NCBI GenBank assembly: GCA_036172245.1
Contig: JAYWIR010000063.1
Location: 1-64,000 of the forward strand
Source of the DNA: Raillietiella orientalis
Lineage: Eukaryota
DNA length: 64,000 nucleotides
Direction: 5' to 3'
How positions within the stretch are numbered: the first letter of the stretch is position 1; each line of letters begins with the position of its first letter. Under the pieces are notes generated by a model that saw nothing but the letters and a program-made list of their open reading frames with translations, made no database searches and had not been told where the DNA came from. The translations under genes and the position numbers were made by a program. Shown here one piece after another: positions 49,128 to 61,703 of the stretch.

Positions 49128-51332
49128 GGGGGCGTACACATTCGTCACGATCAGTTCGATCGAGTCGGACCAGCTGAGAATCAGCTGACCGACCCGACCG
49201 TCGTCATCGAAGCGCACGCCCTTCACGGCAGCGTCGATGGCCGGCTTCACGAAGAACGCGACCCCGCAGGTGTTGCGGAGGCCGCATCGCCAATACAACC
49301 GACCCCCCGCGATCGTCTCGATCTCCTGGGCGTCTGCCGCGGTGATCACGTGGATCTCCTGCAGCAGGGCCAGGTGGAGCTCACGCAGGGTGTCGGCCGT
49401 ATCTCGCCTGTTACCGTCGTCGCGCAGCCCGTTGACGTTCCAACAGGCGGCGCGAATCCGACGGCGACTGGCGAGCCCAGGTGTTACTCCTGGGAAGATG
49501 GCAGTGCGGCGTCCGCCACCTGCTGGGGCGGGACGCTAGGTGGAGGAGGAGGGTCAGGCGCTGCGTGCACCTGGTCCCCCTCCTCCATGGGTAAGGGCGC
49601 GTCGAGCGGGTCACCCTCAGGTGGGTTCGCGCCTACCTGTTGGCCTTCCTCCATGGGGGCGGGCTGCTCAGGCTCGGCGACTGCAATGAGGATTTTGCCC
49701 CCCTGCTCACCCTTCTCCATGGGGGTGGCCGGCTCGACGGCTTCCGAGCGTGGGAGTTCCCCCTCCGGGATTCCCGCGCATCCGCTACCTTCCTGCTTCT
49801 CCTCCTCGCTGGTGGAGGGGAGGCGCCTCCTGGGTTTCTGGGACTTGCGTCCCGACTTCCTGGGGGGTGCCTCCGAGGAGGAGGATGTGCTTCCTGCCCC
49901 CAGGTCGAACTCACCTGTGGGGGCCTTTTTCGCGGGAGCCGGCCTTCGCACGGCCCTGCGCGAGGGGTTCTCACACTCGGCCAGCGTGGCCGCGAGCTCC
50001 TCCGCCGCTTGCGCGAACGCGGCGTCCTCAACTTCGACAGTCGCTATGTCGCGCGGCTCACCCTCTGTGTAAACATTGGGTTCGCTGTCGCGAACCTCGG
50101 GCGCGGGGGAAACGGCGAGGGAAGGCTCGTCGCCCCGGGCGGCAGTCTCGGGAACGGCTATGCGTTCCAGTGCCACCGTACATTCCCGCATGGTCTTGGA
50201 GCGCGGCGCAGGTTTTTTCGCCTTGCCGGCTGTCTTTTTGACCGCTTTCGCGGGTTCCACGGGGGGCACCTTTTTCTCCTTCCTGTCCTTAACCAGCTGC
50301 CAGCCGTCCTGGACTCCCGCGTCTTCGGAAGGTTTTTCTTCCGACGCCTGTGTGGCAGGAACGGGGGCTTGCGGCTGCTGCCCACCAGTATCTCTCTTTG
50401 ATTTTTCGACCAATTTTCCGCGTTTTGCCTGCGCTTTCTTTGCGGCAGGCGGCACTGGAGTGGGGCGTTTAGGGCATACGCGGCGCACGTGGCCCTTCTC
50501 TCCGCATAAGTGGCACACAATGTTCGGGCAACGCTTGCGCAAGTGTCCTACTGCATTGCAGTAGCCACAAAAGCGGGGTTTCCCGACGTACCAGAGGTCT
50601 ACGACTTCGTTATTGACCTCTAGTTTGTGGGAAAACCCACTATCTTTCTTCACCGTCACGCGCGCGGCGGCCTGCCCTCCGAAAAGGCTATCGTAGCCAT
50701 CGAAGATTGTGGCCTTTGGCCATAGCGCGTGAACATCGCCATATTTCCTTAACTGATCACCAACCGCAGACCACGTCATGCGGCTGGTGATCCCTGTCAG
50801 ATGGACCACTACGGAGCGTTCCATCGTGACTGGCAGGATCTTTTGTCCGTCCACGTTCAGCGGGGTAGTGATCAAGCTTTGCGCCAAGGTGATGTCCTTG
50901 CAGACAACCTCGACGCGCTGACCCCCGCTGAGCACGGATAGACCGTCAAGATCCTTCTCTAATACGTTGGCGTTCCGCAGCGCCTTCGAAAAAGCGCGTG
51001 CAGTTCGCCCGTCGAAGAGATTGCCTACCTGGTATACCAGAATTGTCTTGTACCCAGCTACCCGGTAAGCTGCCATCTCGGCCATGGTTTCCGCGCTCGG
51101 CGCGGCCACCATGGCGCTCCAGCTTCTTGCCTTCGGCAGCGAGGGCGATTTTGGGGTGGACGCCCCTGATTCTGTAGGCTGTGGGGGTAGGCAAGCCTCC
51201 CCCACACCTACCTCCATCGTGGTGTCCTCAGGCATCGCTGCCATCGGACAACAACGATGCTCCACACCAAAAACAGCACAAGAAAAAACCGCTTCCTGTC
51301 GACTCGCTCGGAAGCTCAGGAAAAACACGCCC
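49128..51332 (-). mobile_element. G-lineage LINE G2: ORF1 and EN to NVYAP
   Basis: GGGCGTGTTTTT 5' motif; TAACA overlap at 49482-49486; WNVNG, QEIH. Confidence 0.9.
49484..51244 (-). CDS. G2 ORF1, intact zinc-knuckle protein (586 aa)
   Basis: Open from MAAMPEDTTMEVGV to PSSQE*; CGYCNAVGHLRKRC and CHLCGEKGHVRRVC. Confidence 0.9.
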   Translation of the reverse strand: MAAMPEDTTMEVGVGEACLPPQPTESGASTPKSPSLPKARSWSAMVAAPSAETMAEMAAYRVAGYKTILVYQVGNLFDGRTARAFSKALRNANVLEKDLDGLSVLSGGQRVEVVCKDITLAQSLITTPLNVDGQKILPVTMERSVVVHLTGITSRMTWSAVGDQLRKYGDVHALWPKATIFDGYDSLFGGQAAARVTVKKDSGFSHKLEVNNEVVDLWYVGKPRFCGYCNAVGHLRKRCPNIVCHLCGEKGHVRRVCPKRPTPVPPAAKKAQAKRGKLVEKSKRDTGGQQPQAPVPATQASEEKPSEDAGVQDGWQLVKDRKEKKVPPVEPAKAVKKTAGKAKKPAPRSKTMRECTVALERIAVPETAARGDEPSLAVSPAPEVRDSEPNVYTEGEPRDIATVEVEDAAFAQAAEELAATLAECENPSRRAVRRPAPAKKAPTGEFDLGAGSTSSSSEAPPRKSGRKSQKPRRRLPSTSEEEKQEGSGCAGIPEGELPRSEAVEPATPMEKGEQGGKILIAVAEPEQPAPMEEGQQVGANPPEGDPLDAPLPMEEGDQVHAAPDPPPPPSVPPQQVADAALPSSQE

Positions 51333-52163
51333 TTCCGTAACGAAAGAGCGTACTTGTATGCCCGTCGTTACGCAAGGAACCCCAATGTCCGTCGCCTGGC
51401 AGAGTACCGAGCGGGGGCCGAACGTCAAGCCTGGCAATCCGGGTCGGCCAGCTTGCTGGACGACCAGAGCCGGGAGCACTCGGCTCGGGCTAGAATACGG
51501 CACCTCGTGAGGCGTTTTTATTCCTCCCTTTACGCCAGGGCTCCCCCGGACCAAGATGCCTCTCGGCGCTTCCTTCCGAACGGTGCCCCGGCAATAGATG
51601 AGGAGGAGAAACAAAGCCTCGACGAGCCTTTTACCACCGGCGAAATTCTCGCCGGTATTAAAAGGCTCAAGAGGCTGAAAGCATCAGGGGAGGACGGCCT
51701 TCCTGCGGAGTTTTCTCAATGCTTTGCGGCAGAGTTGGCACCCCTGATGCTTGAGTTGACAAGGCTGATCCGAGATGAAAGCAATGTACCCGCCTCGTTT
51801 CGGTCAGCCAGAGTGACGCTCCTTCCGAAAGGAGGAGACCTCAGGAAACTCAGCAACTGGAGTCCGATCACAATTGTGAATACGGAAGCCAAACTGATCG
51901 CCGGACTGTGGGCTTCGCGTCTGGCCCGGAGCGCAGGTGGCCAATTCCATAATTAGCCCGAAGAAGACTTACGCTGTTCCTGGGCGAAGTATGGAGGCCA
52001 ACCTCTTCTTCGCAAGCACATGGTTTCATGTGCAGAGTAGTAAAGAAATCCAAGACGGAGCGATTGGCAGCCTTGCTTTGGGGGCGTCAGCCGGGCAGGG
52101 ACAGGACTCCCAGGGGGGGAATTGAGCCCTAACGATCGCAATCGATCTGCATAAAGCGTTTGA
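51333..52163 (+). pseudogene. Host ORF2 fragment (RNER to HKAFD)
   Basis: RNERAYLYARR...WSPITIVNTEAKLIAGLW...YAVPGRSMEAN...IDLHKAFD. Confidence 0.9.
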
Positions 52164-55100
52164 TTTTTACCCGGATTTCGCCGGGGCGTTTATTGTAAAA
52201 GAAACATTTACAAAGACGTGCGGTGGCAGGACCATTGCTCCAGCCACGCACGAAGAAACCCAGAGCCTGCCGGGTCCCCGTCTCAGGACCGGTACGGTCC
52301 ACCACGGCAGCAGGGGGAAGGGGGAAAAACAAAAAACAAAACAAAAAAGAAAAGAAAAGTTGGGAGGGTAAGGGAAGGGATCACCGTTGCTGGTGGGGCC
52401 GTTGCATCCTTTGCAGGATGCCGGCAAGCTCCTTCTGTATTCCTGGATCCAGGTGGAGCCATCGAACGCCCTCCTCAGGAAATGGGAGGCTGGCTGGATG
52501 GCACCCTGGTCGCGTTGTCCTCCCGTAGCCTTGCTCCAAGCGGTGACGATCCCGCGTAGGCAGCACAAAGCTGCTAACGAGGCCGCTGGCCGAAGGGCGT
52601 CGGCAACGAAGAGGGCTTTCAGTGCGTCCCTGGGGTTGCCGCAGGGGATTCCGATGGCCGCGTCAAAGCGAAACCAAAGATGACGAAGGGCAACACAATC
52701 CACTAGCAGGTGGGGGAGCGACTCCCGTTCCCCACACCTGACGCAATTGGGGTCCACCGCTCCCCAGGTCCAGTTGTGTCGGCGGGCGTTGCAGGGGAGT
52801 CCCCAGTGCTGCAACAGGAGAGCCGACTCCTGCCATTTTAAGGGGAGGGCGGAAGTGTTCATGAGCACCGGGGGCCACTTCAGATGTTCAAAGGGAACAT
52901 CGAGCAGCGCGCCCCAGCGCAGAAGTCCATTGGGAGGCGTACTCGGGGTCGCAGCGTCTGTTAACTGGCCCGTCTTTGACTCTCCTTTCTTCTTCTTCTT
53001 TCCGGCGATTGTTACTGTAACCACCCACTTCGCCGCAACATCGCTGTTTAGATCTTTTATCAGGGAGAGCAGCGCAGCAGCGAGGGGGGTTCTTCCTGCC
53101 CACGCTCTCTTCTTTGGATCCTCCAGGAACTCGGGGAGCGTGCAACTTCTGTAACCCCCAAACAGGAACCTTCGTTCCTGTTGGGAGCGTTGCATGCCGA
53201 ACTGTCACCACGTTCGAACGGTTTCCTGCAACCAGGCATTACCGATAAACGGGCGACAGGTGAGCAATCCTGGGTTTTTCCGATACACCGCAGCCACCCT
53301 CCGTAGCTGGAGTCCGCATCGGTTGACGCGGCGACGGAGTGCAAGAAACGACGTCAGTCCCGTCTTGCCGGTGGCTTCCTGGAGGAGACGTGCAGGGACG
53401 CAACAACAGGTGCACCACAACTCTGGAACGAGTGCCGACAAGCGGAACTGGAGCTGAAGCTCCAGCCGCTCCAGCGTCAGAAGGCCCAGACAACCATCCC
53501 GACGAGGAGCGCACAAGTCCTTTAAGCACACTCGGGCCCTCCCGTTGCCCCAAAGGGCGATAAGGAGGAGGTCCTTTGTCCGCTTTTTAATTCTCTCTGT
53601 GGGGGGGCAAACAAATATCAGGGGGCGGAGGAGAGGAGCCGCGAACGTGTTCCAAACCGCGGCCCGTTCAGGCAGAAAAAACCTCCCGCCTCCGAACGGG
53701 CCGATCGCCGTCTCTACTTTTTGGAGGCAGCCGGACCACGCTTCCGCAGGGGAGTAGTCCCCCAACGGAACACCAAGGTACTTGAAGTACCTCACCGTGG
53801 GGATCCCCAAACGGACCCAGTCCTGCTGCCCTGCCCACGCCGCACCAACTGGCATCACGGACGACTTCGCCCTGTTCACCGTAAGTCCGGTTCCCCGATG
53901 CAGCAGGTCGAAGAACTCCTCGACCGCCGCAGCCGGGGTGGACATAGGGAGCAGCAGCAGAAGGTCGTCCGCGTATGCTGAAACGGCCGGCGTACCGGCA
54001 CAGTCGTGCGGCAGGTGCGCCACAGTTCCCCTGTACGCTCTCAGTACCAACTCAAAGTAGGTACTGAAGAGCAAGGGGCTCAGGCTGTCTCTCTGCCGGA
54101 TCCCACGCCGCACCGGCACGCCGTGCACGGTCTGCCCGCTGAAAGTAACATTGATGAGCGCGTCGCGCCAGCAGGAGCGCAGATAGGTTACTAATGAGGC
54201 CGGGAAGCCCAAGCGTTCCAGAAGCTCCAGAAGGAGATTCTGGTCGACGTAATCGAATGCTTTTCGCAAGTCGATTGCGACCGCAAGGGCTCCCTCCCCC
54301 ACCCGACCATCCAACCCCTTGCCGGCGCACGCACCGGAATTCCGGCTGCGCACCAAGCTCCTTTCATGTTGGAGCTCTAGCCAGGTGGAAGCGTGGAACA
54401 GGTTCGCCTCCATGCTTCGCCCGGGAACAGCATATGTTTGTTCCGGACTGATGAAGATGTTGGCAGCCCGTCCCAACGTCCCTGCCCACATCTTCGCTAT
54501 CAACTTGGCGTCCGCATTCACTATTGTGATGGTACGCCAGTTGTTCATGCTCCTCGGCTCTCCTCCCTTAGGGAGGAGCCGCACCTTTGCCGAACGAAAC
54601 GAGGCGGGAACGTCACCTGTTTCGCGTATCAGCAAGGTGAGTTGCTGTACCAGGGGAGTAAGCTCAGCCGCGAAAGTTTGATAAAACTCCGCGGGCAGGC
54701 CGTCCTCCCCTGGAGCCTTTCGCCTCTTGAGCTTTCCGATGGCCGAGAGGATCTCGTCCATCGTGAAAGGCTCGTCGAGGGTCTTTCTCTGCTCCTCCCC
54801 GATCGCTGGAGCGCCTTCCGGAAGCAGGAGTCGTGAGACGTTCCTCTCCGGAGGTGCCCTGGCATACAGGGAGGAGTAGTAACTCCGCAGCAGGCCGCGG
54901 ATTTGGGCAGGTGCCGAGTGCTCCTGGCCCTGATCGTCCAGTAAGCTGGCCGATCCGGACTGCCAGGCTTGCCTCTCGGCTCCCGCTTTGTATTCCGCCA
55001 GCCTGCGGATGTCGGGGGTACTGGCGTAACGACGTGCCTGCAGATAGCATCGTTTGTTACGGACCCCGGTCCCAAAACCCGTAGGTAGGCGGTGCAGAGG

Positions 55101-57955
55101 GAACTGGTCGCAGAACTCCTGGACCGACCGCTTGAAGCGGTCCCAATCCTGGAGTGTCCGCAGCCTGAAGCTCCGTATGAACGTGCGGAGATGTTCCGCC
55201 GCGTCTGGGAGCTTCAGCCAGTCCCCTGGGAGACGCCACGCTGACGAGGGGGGGCCCCTGTCGCGCGGATGGATCTCGAGGACTAGCGGGCGATGGTCGG
55301 ACAACTCGCACGGTAACTTGACGCGACTGCCCACGCGAGGGCACAGGTGCTCGTCAAGAAATACGTGGTCAATGCTGTCTTCAATCCCCGTTGCACTGGC
55401 CAACAAATTACAGGTGTGCACCGCCATGCAATCCTCGTTGACCAGGTCACGATCGGGTTTCTGCCCATCTGATTTCAGGCGAACGTTGAAATTTTTCACC
55501 CGGTCACGCTGGGACGTTTATTGACACAAACGAGCTGGAAGCAATTGTTTCCAGCTCTCGACTCTGAAAACATGCAGCGGAGATTCACCCCTGGCACGCA
55601 GGCCAGGAAAACGGAAGAACATGGACGACTGAGGGGAGTCCAAAAAAAAAAAAAATTTTAAATGGGAGGAGTGGGCCAGGGAACTTTGGTGTTGCTCCGC
55701 ACTTACCGGGAAACTCAAAAGTTCTAGCAACAAAAACTCTGCGGAGCGTATAGGGAAAAGGACGCGAGAACAAAAAAACCATTCAAAAATAAAATGAGGG
55801 CGGATCACCGATTTTGTCATTCTAAGCCGTTGCTGATCCGGCGATGGATACCGGTTAGCTCCTCCGTTGTGTCTTCATATAAGTGTCGCCACCCAGCTGC
55901 CGACCTGATGAAGTGAGCTGCCTTCCTGGTGACACAACGTTGCTGTCCAGTATTCTCCAGCACGTCTCGGACCGTGACGGTGGCGCGGATGCAACCAACA
56001 GTGGAAATCGTCGCAGCCATCGAAAGTCCTTGTGCATCGAAGAACCGTCGCAGCACCTCTCGAGCGGTTTCTCCTGTTGACGGGAGAGCTGCTGCTAGCC
56101 TCCTCCACAGTTCCTGGAGGGCACCGCAGTCCATAACAAGGTGCGGGAACGACTCCGTGGAACCGCACCGGGCACAGTAGGGAGAAGCCACCCCACCGGA
56201 AACTCGGTGGCGCCGCTCGCTGTAGCGCAATCCCCAGTGCAAGAAAAGCAAAACGTCTTGCTTCCATGCAAGGGGAAACACCGAACCGTCCAAACACTAG
56301 GGAGGGACTATAAGTTCTTCGGGGGCAACACCAAGAGCTTCTCCCCACCGAATAAACCCCTTTGGTGTAGCACGAGGAGTGGCGGCATCCGCAAGCTCGC
56401 TCGTGGACCATTCGCCAACTGGTTTTCTCTTTCTGCAGTGGTGCAGAACTCCCACCTTGCCGGCTGGCTACTGTCATGTCGAGCCTCGAGGGCAGACAGT
56501 GCTTCGGCAAGGGGGGTGGCGGCCATGTAGGAAAGCTTCATCTCGTCCTGCAAGACATCTTGGAGTGATCAAGGCTGGAATCGACGCAGGAGGCGTAGAT
56601 CTTCACGGCTTATTCCTAAGAATGCAGCCCACGAATCAATGAATTCCTGCTTCTAAGCATTACAGTTCATTGGGCGGCAGGTAATCCACGTACTGGCTTC
56701 CAATAGGGTGGCGATTTTCCTCAAAGGATAGCCAAATCCCTGTTTCCTGTGGCGCAAGCCAGGCACTAAAGAAAGTAGTCCTTGACTGCCTGCACACCTC
56801 CTCAGGAGGATGCGCGCAGGCGCACACAGGGGGGAAGTCCATAGCTCGGCACTAAGTGTGAGCATTCGGAACTGCACTTGCAGTCCGATTCTCTCCATCG
56901 TCAGGATGCCAAGCCCAGCATCCCGACGTGGAGCAGTGAGGTCTTTCAGGCGGATCCTGGATCGCGCCGGACCCCAGAGAGCGTTCCTTAGCAGGCGTTT
57001 TGCCCTCTCTTTGGCCGCATAGGGGGGGTCCAAGACAAAAAAGTGTTGTCGGAGGAGGGGGGACACGAAGGTGTTTCAAATAGCCGCCCGTTCCGGCAAG
57101 GTGAACTTGCCGTTAATGAACGGGCTGGCGGCCAACTCGGCCTTATGAAGGCAGTCCGACCACGCCTCGGCAGCGCCGAGGTCGCCCAACGGAACGCCAA
57201 GGTATTTGAAGTACCCCGCCGTGGGAATCCCCAGGCGGATCCAGTCGGACTGCCCCTCCCACGACGGACCCACAGAAACGACCACGCTCTTCTTTCTGTT
57301 CGCGCTCACGCCCGCTCCCCGACGAATCAGGTCGAAGAAATCTTCGACTCTGGACGCCGGGGTGGACATGGGGAGCAGAAGAAGCGGGTCATCTGCATAG
57401 GAAGCCACGGCAGGCGTTCCCGGGCAAGAGCTAGGCAGGTATTCCAGCGTCAGCCTGTATGCTCTCTGCACCAACTCAAAGAAGATGCTGAAGAGCAATG
57501 GGCTTAAACTGTCACCCTGCCTGATGCCCCTGCGCCCGGGAATACCGTACACGTGGCAGCCGCTAAAACACAATGCAAGTTAGCGCGTGGCGCCAGCATG
57601 CGCTCAAGTACTTGAGGAGTTGAGCCGGGCGAACGTTGAAATCGCCTGAAACCAGATGGGCATTCCGCACGCCTGCTTCGGTCAGCCAGTCGCGCCGGAG
57701 GGCAAGGAAATACTCTTTCCTCGCCCTCCTGGTCATCAGGTACTTGCCGCTCGGTGCGTACACGTTCGTGACGATCAGATCGATCGAGTCGGACAACCTG
57801 AGAGTCAGCTGGCCCACACGACCGTGATCGTCGAACCGCACGCCCGAGCCGCGGCCTCGACGGCTGGCCGAAGCAGGTAGGCGACACCACAACTTTTTGC
57901 TCTCCCACACCTGTACCATAGCCGCCCTCCGGAGATCCGTTCGATCTCTTGCGCT
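52164..57955 (-). mobile_element. K-lineage LINE K2, split by N3 into 52164-55492 and 57628-57955; 5' part missing
   Basis: Near-identical to K1; 764-aa open EN-RT stretch at 53205-55499; AATAAA at 52189-52194. Confidence 0.95.
55493..57627 (-). mobile_element. 5'-truncated N-related LINE N3 with 15-bp TSD
   Basis: PAQLLKYL...GIRQGDSLSP...SYADD...CARCGSTESFPHLVMDC; GGCGAACGTTGAAAT at 55478-55492 and 57628-57642. Confidence 0.95.
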
Positions 57956-57959
57956 CGTA

Positions 57960-59335
57960 CAGTGCAGACGTGTTTTCGCGTCTATCCGCGCCAACGATCG
58001 GGCAACTTTGTGCCTGCGTTTTCGCTCGCACTTGTGTTCCTGTGCAATCTGCCAAGTAGCATAGTGCAACATGGCCAGTACACAGGATAGTGTGGAGGAG
58101 CAAGCCACTGGATGCACTTCAGCTGCACTTGAAGCAGCCGCATCCTCCGCAATGGTATCCTCGCCCCCGGTGAGGAGTTACTCCGCCGTTTCCTCCCAAA
58201 CACCAGGACCCTGCGATGCGGAGTTCCAGGCATATGTGTCATCAGGATACATGCCTGCACTCCGTTATAAGGTCAGTGGGCCCCTTCACGGGAGAATCGG
58301 ACATGAGCTCAATGATGAGCTCGTCCGGATCGGCGTTCGCAAGGAGGAACTCCTTGCCATAATGCCTGCTGGCAGAATGGAATATACGAAGATTCGGTGC
58401 AAGAACGCAGCACTTGTGCAGCGCCTTCTCCGTACGCCGTTGACCATCAATGGCAAGGAAGTCTTACCTACTGCGATGGACGACTCTTTTGTCTTTCAAT
58501 TGTGCGACATCGAACCGGAAATCTCCGACCGCGATGTGGTAAGCGTGCTGGCGAAGTTGGCCACCGTGCACGCCCTGTAAAGGAGGCCGAACCCTTTGAA
58601 GGATTTCTCCTCTGTCCACATCGGACAGGCCTCCGCGCGGATCACCGTCGCAAACAGGCGTGTTGTGTCTGAGCAGCTGCAGGTGAACGGCACGGTCGTC
58701 CACCTGTGGTTCATAGGCCAGACTCGCGGGTGCGAGCAGTGCGGCAAGGATGGGCACCGATTTAAAGTGCTTCTCTCAAAGATGCCGCTATTGCAAAGAT
58801 TCCGGGCACGAAATCAAAAAGTGCCCGATACTTGCAAGAAAAAGAGCCGCAGCGGAAATTCGTCGGGTTCAAGAGACCACTGCACGAAAAGCCGCAGCGG
58901 CAAATAAAAAACGTCGTCCGCAAAAACTCGGAAAAAACAACGAGCGATCTGCGGATGGAAGGAAAGCATTTCCGCCCGCAACGCCCCGAAAGGGGAAAGT
59001 CACAGCGGGGAAGCCAATTAAAAAGGGGCGCGAGGGTTTGACGCGTTCCGTGCCCTCCCTCGCTGCCGAACTCGCAGGCACCTCTCCGAGCCAGGAACCA
59101 GGAAATCTCCGTAACACCCTGGAGGGAAAGGTAGGAAAACAGGAAGATCGCAACAGTGCGAAGACTTCTTGCCCCGTTCCGTTGTCCCTTCCGAGTTCCG
59201 GACAGCCCCACTGCAGCGCAGGCCCCTCTGCAAAGGCTACGAAAGCCGTAAAAAGCAGCGTCGCGACGAGCAAAAGCACGCTGCATGCAGTCGCCCCATC
59301 GCCGACTCGGCAGGAGAGGAGCAATCTCCCGACTC
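57960..59335 (+). mobile_element. LINE A 5' fragment; ORF1 from ATG 58071 (N-like ORF1), disrupted
   Basis: GTGCAGACGTGTTTT; MASTQDSVEE; CEQCGKDGH, CRYCKDSGHEIKKC. Confidence 0.85.
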
Positions 59336-60587
59336 CGTTGAACAGAGGGTTGATCCTCGGGAGCGGGGGAAACAGCGAGGGGAGGCTTGTTGCCCCGGGT
59401 GGCAGCCTCGGGAACGCGGACGCGCTCCAGTGCTTCCGCGCACTTGCGGAGGGATTTTGAGAGCGGACCGGGTTTTTTCGGTTTCGCGCTCTTCTTTTTC
59501 CCCGCTTTCTCCGTTTCCTCACTGGAAGCTTTCCTTTTTTTCCGAGCCTTTACAAGCTGCAAGCCCTCCTCCCCCTGCACCACTTGGGAGGGTTATTCCT
59601 CCGACTTCTTCGACGGGGGTCGAGTTGCTGGTAGCTTCCGCTGGCCATTTCCTTCAATCGGTCTTGAAACCTTCTCTCTTTTTACCTGCGCTTTTTTGGC
59701 GGTAGGTGGCACCGGGGTGGGGCGCTTCGGGCACACGCTCCGAACTTGACCCTTTTCCCCGCATAAGTGGCACACAATATTCGGGCAACTCTTTCGAAGA
59801 TGCCCTACTGCATTGCAGTGTCGACAATATCGGGGCTTCTCCACGTTCCAGATGTCTACCGGCTCTTGGCAAACCTCCAGTTTGTGGGGCAGCGCACCAC
59901 CCTCATTGACCGTGATACGCGCTGAGGCCTGTCCCCCGAATAGGCTGTCATAGCCATTGGATATCGTGGGCTTAGGCCACAGCGCATGCACTTCGCCGTG
60001 TTTTTTCAATTGCTCACTAACCGCAGAGCCAGTCATACGGCTAGTGATGCCAGTCCGATGGACCACTACGGAGCGGTCCATCGTGACTGGCAAGATCTTT
60101 CGGCCTGCAACGTTCAGAGGCGTTGTGGTCAGGTGTTGAGCCAAGGTGATGTCCTTGCACACCACCTCGACCTGCTGACTTTCGCTGAGAACGGAGAGGC
60201 CATCCAGAACTTTTTCGAAAATGCTGGCGTCTTGCAGCGCCTTCGTGAAGGCGCGTGCAGTTCGCCCATCATAAAGATTGCCTACCTGGTAGACAAGCGA
60301 GGGTTTATACTCCGCTGCCTTGTAGGCGGCCATCTCCGCCATGGTTGCCGCGCTCGGCGCAGCCACCATGGCGCTCCACGTCTTCGGCGTTTTCGGGGAT
60401 GACTCCGGGCCGGATGCCCCTGCCTCTGTAGGCTGTGGGGATTGACTGGCCTCCCCCACTCCCACCTCCATCGTGGTGTCCTCAGGCAAGGATGCCATCG
60501 GACACCAACGATGTTCCACATAAGAAAACACCACGAATAAACGCCTTCCTTTCGACTCTCTCGGAAGCGAAGGAAAAACACGTCCGT
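59335..60587 (-). mobile_element. G-lineage LINE G3 5' fragment; ORF1 from ATG 60498
   Basis: ACGGACGTGTTTTT; MASLPEDTTMEVGV; CRHCNAVGHLRKSC. Confidence 0.9.
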
Positions 60588-61703
60588 CCCCAACGAGGTC
60601 TCAGGGAGGGGTTGCATTCTTCGCGAGCTTCCGTCGGCTGGATAGCCTGAGGCCTCGCCGCGACGCGTTTTTTTTTAATGTTTTCCTCCCCTTTTTTGTG
60701 GAGGGAAGAAATAGTTTTCTCCTCATTCGCGCTAGCGGTTTTTGCAACGCTCTTCGATGTTTTGATGTTTTTTTCCCTCGATTCGTGGCGTTTGTTTCGC
60801 GATGCGATACGCGCCTTGTTCCCGCGCTTTTGGATTTTTAAAGGAGCTATGTGCACCTTTCTTCTGTATGCTTGAGCTCGTGACAGTAACGGCAAGCGGC
60901 CGAGGGACCCTTCGTAATGCGGTGACCCTCCTGCCCGCATTCCGCGCACACATGCATTTGCCCCGCAATCCACAGGCGGATGGTCACTTCGGCCACCTGC
61001 AGTCGCATCACCATTGCCAGGCGATCCGCCATCGTCACTCTCACTTGCGCAATACCGCTGTGGTCGTCTTCGAAACCCTCAGCAGGGTTCGGCAGCCCCC
61101 ACAGCGCGTGTACGGTGGCGAATTTTTCAAGGACCTTCACGACCTGGCGGTCCGAATGGTCCTTGCTCACTCCACTTAGCCGGACAACGAACGACTGTTT
61201 CGCTGTGGTGGGGAGTATTTCCTGCCCACGAATGAGCAGCGGCGTGTGCAGTAAACGCTGCGTAAGGAGTGCGTCCTTACTGGACAACTCCCAGTAGCCG
61301 CACCCACTCATGGGCATGATGGACTTTAGCTGGCCCTATTTAACTCCAATTCGTTGGAGTTCCTGGCCAAACTCTCGCTCAACCGCTCAGGCATAACGAC
61401 ACTTACCTTGTACCTGAGTGCAAACGTGTAGCCATGTGCTACATACGCCTGAAGCTCAGGGCTGTCGGGCGAAGGTTCCATCACAGCCGCAAGGGCAGCA
61501 AACTGGGCGAATGTCCTCGCTGTCGTCGGCGAGGATAGTGGCTCCTTGCTGGCAGACGTAGCCGCCATCGCAGCAGCAGGTGCCGTTCCCTTCATGCGGC
61601 TAATGTTCTTTGCTCCCATTGCAGCACAGAAGCACAGCAGAAGAAAAACACACAAGAGTCTGTCTACCACGGAGCGACGCAAAAGCACGTCCGTACGCGG
61701 TGA
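60588..61703 (-). mobile_element. LINE M 5' fragment; ORF1 from ATG 61619 (N-like ORF1), disrupted
   Basis: ACGGACGTGCTTTT; ALRYKVS, LTQRLLHTPL, CAECGQEGH, CRYCHELKH. Confidence 0.85.

Noticed and set aside
51084..51956. Apparent chimeric genes across junctions (also 12925-13833, 58750-59460)
   Set aside because: They are chance open frames across insertion or deletion junctions.
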